Part shown: in pieces, positions 56,459 to 64,000 of the stretch
How the letters are laid out: every line of letters begins with the position of its first letter
How positions within the stretch are numbered: the first letter of the stretch is position 1
Assembly (NCBI GenBank): GCA_026129305.1
Contig: JAHCII010000006.1
Coordinates: 1,056-65,055, forward strand
Reading direction: 5' to 3'
Length of the DNA stretch: 64,000 nt
Source: Anaerolineales bacterium
GTDB lineage: Bacteria > Chloroflexota > Anaerolineae > Anaerolineales > UBA11579
Made by a program: the position numbers and the translations under genes
The notes under the pieces: generated by a model
The model's input: only the letters and a program-made list of their open reading frames with translations
Told to the model about the DNA's origin: nothing
Databases searched by the model: none

Positions 56459-57418
56459 TTAGCCGTCCAATTTGGTCAAAAGCGGCTGGGCTTTGGCCAT
56501 GCCGGGCAGCACATCGGAGAGCGCCAGGGCGCCGGGCAGGCTGACCAATACGTACAGCGTGCGCAGTAGCAAGGCCAGCACCAGGCTGTTGGCTGGGGCC
56601 ACCCCAGCCAGTGCGCTGAAGGCGTAACTGATCGAAAATTCCTGCAGGCCCCAGCCGCTGATGCTGATCGGGATCAGGGTGACCACATACACCAGGCTTT
56701 GCAAGCCGGCCACGGTCCAGAAATCCAGCGGGTCGTGCATGCCATCCAACAAGATATACAGCGTGAGGAACAGGCAGAGCATATGCACAAACGTAAAGGC
56801 CAGCGCCTCAAGCAAAGCACGCGGCTGGCTCAGCCACAGGCCAATGGTCTTGATCAGCCGCTGCCAGATCTTGCGCACACGCTGGGTCATGCGCCCCAGC
56901 CAGCTTTCCCCGGCGGCCAGACCCGCCAGCGGCAGGATATCCGCGGCGGTCAGGTTGGCCGCCGCCAGGATGCGCAGGCCGATCGGCAGCGTAAAGACGA
57001 ACCCCGCCAGACCCACCAGCCGGTCGGCCACCAGCGAAGCAGCCGATACGGCTGCATCGTAGCCTTGCTGCAGGGCGCCAGCCAGGCGGGCCACATCCCC
57101 GCCGATGGTGCTGGGTAGAAAATTGTTGGCGAACAGGCCGGCAAAGGTAATGCGCAGGCTGGTGCGCCAGCTGATGTCCACGCCGCCGGAGCGAAGCAAA
57201 ATATGCCAGCGGCGCGCCACCGCCAACCGGGAGATGACCGTCAGCGCCACTGCTAGCAGGAAGCGCCACAACTCAATGCGGGCCACCGCTTCGGTGATTT
57301 CTTGCCAGCCTTGCTGGCTGATCAGGTAAACCACAAGGCCCAGGGTGATGATTGACCCTGCGGCTCGTAACAGTGAACCCGCGGAAAGCCAGGCGGGGCG
57401 CTTAACTTTGCGTGTCAC
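56459..57418 (-). CDS. flippase-like domain protein (UPF0104 / LPG-synthase TM region family)
   Basis: RRWHILLRSGGVDISWRTSLRITFAGLFANNFLPSTIGGDVARL. Confidence 0.8.
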   Translation of the reverse strand: MTRKVKRPAWLSAGSLLRAAGSIITLGLVVYLISQQGWQEITEAVARIELWRFLLAVALTVISRLAVARRWHILLRSGGVDISWRTSLRITFAGLFANNFLPSTIGGDVARLAGALQQGYDAAVSAASLVADRLVGLAGFVFTLPIGLRILAAANLTAADILPLAGLAAGESWLGRMTQRVRKIWQRLIKTIGLWLSQPRALLEALAFTFVHMLCLFLTLYILLDGMHDPLDFWTVAGLQSLVYVVTLIPISISGWGLQEFSISYAFSALAGVAPANSLVLALLLRTLYVLVSLPGALALSDVLPGMAKAQPLLTKLDG

Positions 57419-58415
57419 CCTTAACCCCGATGCTGTAACGCACCGTGTAAATCGGCTTGGATTGCGATTCGTGATAGGTGCGCACAGACATCTCAGCCAA
57501 AAGGCCCATCAAGATGGATTGTACGCCGAGCACGCCCAACAGGGCGCTGAGCAGAAAGACAGGCGAATCGACCGTGCCGGTGCCATACAGCATGCGGCGG
57601 ACGAAGAGGAAGATCAGGCCCAAGCCACCCAGGCCCATAAAGGCCATGCCGACCCCGCCAAACAGGTAGATCGGCTTGTTGACGAAGCCGCCCATGAACT
57701 TGACCGTGAACAGATCCAGAATCACCTTGATAGTGCGCTCCAGGCCATATTTGCTGGTGCCGTGCATGCGCGGGTAGTGGTTGACCGGCACTTCGGTGAT
57801 GCTGGCGCCCACTTGGCCGGCATAGGCGGGGATAAAGCGGTGCATCTCGCCGTAGAGACGGAAGCCGGTCAGCACTTCACGCCGATAGGCTTTGAGCGTG
57901 CAGCCGTAATCGTGCAGGTACACGCCGGTCACGCGCGAGATGATCCAGTTGGCGATGCGCGAAGGGAAGGTGCGCGTAATGAAGTTATCTTTGCGAAATT
58001 TGCGCCAGCCGCTGGCCAGGTCGTAGCCCTTGCGGATCTCTTCCAGCAGCAGCGGAATATCGGCTGGGTCATTCTGCAGATCGCCGTCCATCAAAACGAT
58101 GATCTCGCCCACGGAATGGTCAATCCCGGCAGACAACGCCGCGGTCTGGCCGAAGTTGCGCCGCAGCGCGATGACTCGGGCGTGCTTGCGGTCTTTGGCC
58201 GCCACCACCTCCAGCGCTTGCAAGCTGCCGTCGGAGCTGCCGTCGTCCACGAAGACCACTTCCCAGTCGTATTGGCTGCCGTTCATGGCCGCGCTGATCT
58301 GGCGGTGCAGTTCGGGCACGCTGTCCACTTCGTTATATACGGGCACCACAATGGTCACCGTCAGGCGCTTTGTGTTTGTGCGCACCGCTTTGGGTTGGGT
58401 TTTGCTGATTGGCAT
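57402..58415 (-). CDS. GT2 polyprenyl-phosphate glycosyltransferase (GtrB/ArnC/DPM1-like) with two C-terminal TM helices
   Basis: VTIVVPVYNE...DDGSSDGS...MDGDLQNDP, plus a C-terminal membrane hairpin. Confidence 0.88.
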   Translation of the reverse strand: MPISKTQPKAVRTNTKRLTVTIVVPVYNEVDSVPELHRQISAAMNGSQYDWEVVFVDDGSSDGSLQALEVVAAKDRKHARVIALRRNFGQTAALSAGIDHSVGEIIVLMDGDLQNDPADIPLLLEEIRKGYDLASGWRKFRKDNFITRTFPSRIANWIISRVTGVYLHDYGCTLKAYRREVLTGFRLYGEMHRFIPAYAGQVGASITEVPVNHYPRMHGTSKYGLERTIKVILDLFTVKFMGGFVNKPIYLFGGVGMAFMGLGGLGLIFLFVRRMLYGTGTVDSPVFLLSALLGVLGVQSILMGLLAEMSVRTYHESQSKPIYTVRYSIGVKGDTQS

Positions 58416-58417
58416 GG

Positions 58418-60475
58418 TTAGTCTGTGCAGGCCCGCAAGTCTAGCATGCGGCGGTAGTTAATGTGGGCATTATCCCAAACCTCGGCAAAAGTCGTCACAC
58501 AATCGGCCTCAAAACCAGATGCGGCGCGCAGCGCCGGGTCGAGCTTTTCCCAAGAGCGGCTGTCCAAGTAATAGAAGTTATAGCCATATTGCAGCAGGTC
58601 GGCCAGTTGCGGGGCGGGGTAGAGCTGATGCCATTCGTTGCCTGGGTCCGGCTCACCGATTAACGTGCCGGAGAGATGTCCGCTGAGGATTGTGGCGCTG
58701 CCAACGGGGGCCAGCACTTTCGCTTCAACGGGTAGTTTGCCCCACAGTTGGGCGGAGATGGCCGCATCCAGTTCATTGAAGTTCTCACCCAGCCGGGTCG
58801 TGCTGGCAGCGGAGAATTGCGTGCCGGCGATCATCAACCCGCTGAAGCCGGTCAACAGCAGGGCGGCAGCGCCCGCGTGGCGCAGCCAGCCGGGCCAGCG
58901 GAAGGTCCGATCGGCGACGACCAAGGGCAACAACAGGGTCCAGGTCAGCATGGCCTGCCAGGTCAGGCGTGAAATATCCCGGTCGGATTGGTATTGGAAA
59001 AAGATGGGGATGATGAAGCCCAGCCAGGCGGCGCAGGCCAGCACGCCCAGCAGCCAGTCACCGGCCTTGGCGCGGCGCCAGGCCCACTGCGTGATCCAGG
59101 GCGTGAACAAGATCACCGGGCCCAGTTCAAACAAAGCCACGATCAGCTGAATCGGCGAAAAAAGGCTCAACGGCCCCAGGTGCGAAGAAACGATGGCCAG
59201 CGGCCAGCGCAGACTAAAGCCCAGGAAACTGACCGCGTTGGCCGCGCTGGTCACCGGCAACATTCCAGAGACGCCCAGGCCCAGGCTTTGCAATAGCCCA
59301 CCGCCTTCGTACCCGAAGATCAGCTCTCGCACCAGTTCGGTGATCGTGCCGCCCTGCACCAACACCAACAGGCCGGAGATGAGCGCGGCGCCCAACACTG
59401 GCCGCAGTTGAGGCAGATTTAGCTTGCGCTCGCGCAGGAAGGCCAGACCCACGAAGGTGAACAGCCCCAGGATAAAAAGCGCATAGGTGGCTTCCCACAC
59501 CAGCGCCCACATGGCCAGGACGATCGCCAGGCAGGCTGCGCCCCAGCGATCGTTTAAGCGCAGGGTCAGCAGCCAAACCAGCAGAAAGATCAGCACAGAA
59601 AAGGTATTAGGTCCCTGGTGGGCCATCACCAGCGGATCCATAATGCCGTTCAAAAACGCGAAGATATAGGGCATCGGCGGGCCGCCGTCCACCAGCCAGG
59701 GGGAGAAAAGCGCTTCAGAGAAAGGACGGTTGATCAGCGCGCTGGTACCCTGCAGCTGCACGACCTTGTCCATTTGCAACAGCAGGCCTGGCGGCAGCAA
59801 CAACAGCAGGTAGCGCGTGCCCGCCGCCAAGGCCACCAGGCCGGCAGCGGCCCAGCCGCCCCAGGCTCGGCCCACGTAGCCGCGGCCCAGCAGGCCGGCC
59901 AGCAGCAAGGTCACGGCAAACAGGAGCGCCTTGGAGACGTCAAAGGCGCTCCAGGGTAGCAGGCCCCCCAGGCGCATCAGGCTGCCTCCGATGAAGTGAA
60001 ACCCGTAGTGGTAAATCAGCCTAAGCGGGTATCCGGGCAGATATTCTGGTGGGATGTTGCCGTTACCAATGATTGAGATCAGAGAGAGGTTTTTGTGCTC
60101 ATCAAACAGGGTCAAGCCCTTGCTCCACAACATGAAGACGTAGAACAGGGCAAACCCTGCCACCAGCCAGGGCCAAATGTGCAGGTCGGCCGGGTCCAGC
60201 CAGCGGGCACCGCTGCGCCAGGCCACCAAACCGGCCAAGGCCAGCAGCAACACCGCCGGCACGGCAAACCCCAGCCCCGGCTCCAGCCAGCGACCCAGCA
60301 GGTTTACCAGCCAGACGTACAGCGTAAGGCCCAGAGCGAGGCCGGCGATAATTCGTTCGCGAGATTGCAGGCGAAAAGCGTGGCTGGCTAGCAGCCAACC
60401 GGCCAGCCAAACCAGCAACATGGTCGCCAACCAGGGCAGCAGGCTAAGGAAGCTTCCGTCTCGGTACCAATACAT
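58418..60475 (-). CDS. large polytopic membrane protein; possible GT-C fold glycosyltransferase
   Basis: 685-aa ORF that is highly hydrophobic. It lies directly downstream of gmd and upstream of the GtrB-like GT2. Confidence 0.65.
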   Translation of the reverse strand: MYWYRDGSFLSLLPWLATMLLVWLAGWLLASHAFRLQSRERIIAGLALGLTLYVWLVNLLGRWLEPGLGFAVPAVLLLALAGLVAWRSGARWLDPADLHIWPWLVAGFALFYVFMLWSKGLTLFDEHKNLSLISIIGNGNIPPEYLPGYPLRLIYHYGFHFIGGSLMRLGGLLPWSAFDVSKALLFAVTLLLAGLLGRGYVGRAWGGWAAAGLVALAAGTRYLLLLLPPGLLLQMDKVVQLQGTSALINRPFSEALFSPWLVDGGPPMPYIFAFLNGIMDPLVMAHQGPNTFSVLIFLLVWLLTLRLNDRWGAACLAIVLAMWALVWEATYALFILGLFTFVGLAFLRERKLNLPQLRPVLGAALISGLLVLVQGGTITELVRELIFGYEGGGLLQSLGLGVSGMLPVTSAANAVSFLGFSLRWPLAIVSSHLGPLSLFSPIQLIVALFELGPVILFTPWITQWAWRRAKAGDWLLGVLACAAWLGFIIPIFFQYQSDRDISRLTWQAMLTWTLLLPLVVADRTFRWPGWLRHAGAAALLLTGFSGLMIAGTQFSAASTTRLGENFNELDAAISAQLWGKLPVEAKVLAPVGSATILSGHLSGTLIGEPDPGNEWHQLYPAPQLADLLQYGYNFYYLDSRSWEKLDPALRAASGFEADCVTTFAEVWDNAHINYRRMLDLRACTD

Positions 60476-60517
60476 AATTGTTCTCGGCGGCCCTGCGCTT
60501 GGTTACCCGCCGCCAAG

Positions 60518-62654
<2,137 letters not shown>

Positions 62655-62658
<4 letters not shown>

Positions 62659-64000
62659 GCCGGGGCCGTGTTGGGGTGGGCGCGCAGGTCCGAAAGGATG
62701 CGCAGCACCGAAAGCGAGACGGTCAAGACGTAATACCCGGAGAGCAGCGCGGCAAAAGCCACCGCACCGCCCGAGGAGAACAAAAACACGCCGATCACTT
62801 TGAGCACCATCCCGGCCAGGTTGACCAGGGTCGGGTAGATCGGCCGGTTGAAGGCCAGCAAGGCCGCCCGGCTCCAATAGAAGATGTTGGCAAAGCTGTA
62901 ACCGGCTACCAGGATGATCAGCGGCGCATAGGCAGGCAACGATTCGGGGTTGCCTGAATACAGGACGATCAACTCACGCCCAAAGAAGACCAACAAAAGG
63001 GCCACCGGCAGCGAATATAAGGCTGCCAGCGCTGAACCGCGGCCCAGCACTTTGCGCACCGCGGCCCAATTGTTCTGCGCCACAGCTCGCGAGAGCTCAG
63101 GGTAGGTGGTGTAGGGCAGCGGGCTGACCGGGATCTGCAGAAAGCCAATCAGTGTGCGCGCCAGACTGTACAAGCCGCCGGCCAGGTTGCCCAGAAAGGC
63201 GTTGACCCACAGGTCTTCGCTGTCTTTGGCCACCAGGCTGACCGTGGCGCTCAGGTTGGTGCTGAAGGCGAAGGCCAGCAGGCTGCGCCGGTCGCTCTGC
63301 AGAGCGGCGATCGGCGTGCGCCACCAGTCGCGCCCCCATTCTTTGGCGGCGATGCGGAAGGCCAGCACCATCACTGCCAGCGAGCGCAGCAGGCGCCCGC
63401 CCAGCTCGGCCAGGATGATCTCGTACAAGCCGCCGCCGGTGAAGTAAACCACCACGGTCAGCACCAAGCGCAGCACGCTCTGGCACACATCGATCACCGA
63501 CTTGGCGTCGAAGCGGTTGAAGACCTGAAGCATGCCGTCCGAGCTGTCGTAGAACAGATTGATCAGCACCAGGCTGCCGTAGGCAATAAAAATACCTTCC
63601 ACTCCGGATATGTCCGAGAACAGCTGCACCCCCAACGGGGCCAGCAGGGCAATCAGTGCAAAAGCCACCACCGAGCCGCCTGCTTCCAGGATGGCGGCCA
63701 ACTTGTACACCGCCGCGGCCATTTTAGGCTCACCGCGCTCTTGATACAGGCGTACGTACTTGACGACCAGTTCGTCGATCCGAAAGGAGGTGAAACGATT
63801 GATCACGTTGGAGAAAGTCGCCACCGCCCCCAGCAGGCCGATTCCGGCCACCCCCAGACCTACATTCTCCAAAGCGCGGAACTGCAACGCCCCCTGCAGC
63901 ATGCCGATCCCGGCCGAGATGACCGTAGCGCTGACCAGATAGCTGGAGTTGCGGATGATGCGCCGCAGAAATTCCGAGTCGAAGATGCGCAGATAGAGTT
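62655..64000 (-). CDS. Wzx-like polysaccharide flippase (MOP superfamily); the 5' end runs off the window
   Basis: Polytopic. The reading frame stays open upstream of the track start (...LYLRIFDSEFLRRIIRNSSYLVSATVISAGIGMLQGAL...) to position 64000. Confidence 0.8.

Overview
Gene-dense, high-GC bacterial chromosomal segment, by eye above 60% G+C. The composition and the GGGCGCACGGCCGTGCGCCC-type palindromes suggest Chloroflexota, but that is inference only. I support about 60 CDS, one intact tRNA-Val and one decayed tRNA-fMet fragment. I found no rRNA, CRISPR array, integrase or transposase.

Most genes are housekeeping:
- infC-rpmI-rplT, rpsA, clpC, radA, fabI, moaA, gmd, asnB and phhA.
- Several transporters: a K+ channel, an APC permease, two ABC-2 exporters and two EamA genes.
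- PadR, ArsR and XRE regulator modules.
- A roughly 12.5-kb minus-strand glycan/envelope biosynthesis operon (51.4-64 kb) that runs off the right edge.

The observations most worth a second look:
1. A sharply AT-rich single-gene island (about 1.29-3.5 kb). It encodes an ABC-type ATPase fused to a TOPRIM-like nuclease domain (OLD/PARIS-like, candidate anti-phage defence). Short direct repeats flank it, and it sits next to a RepA-like AAA_25 ATPase that runs off the left edge.
2. A textbook four-segment transcription attenuator upstream of phenylalanine-4-hydroxylase. It has a 26-codon, apparently leaderless leader ORF containing YVYYY.
3. A ChlI-like ATPase ORF and a ChlD-like VWA ORF separated only by a -1 frame change at an A10 tract.
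4. A family of 20-bp perfect palindromes, one copy of which lies in-frame inside a CDS.
5. A tRNA-fMet-derived fragment next to hairpin repeats.
6. A small membrane-protein gene with two compensating frame breaks at homopolymers.

All calls come from reading the sequence and the ORF track. No database search was run.
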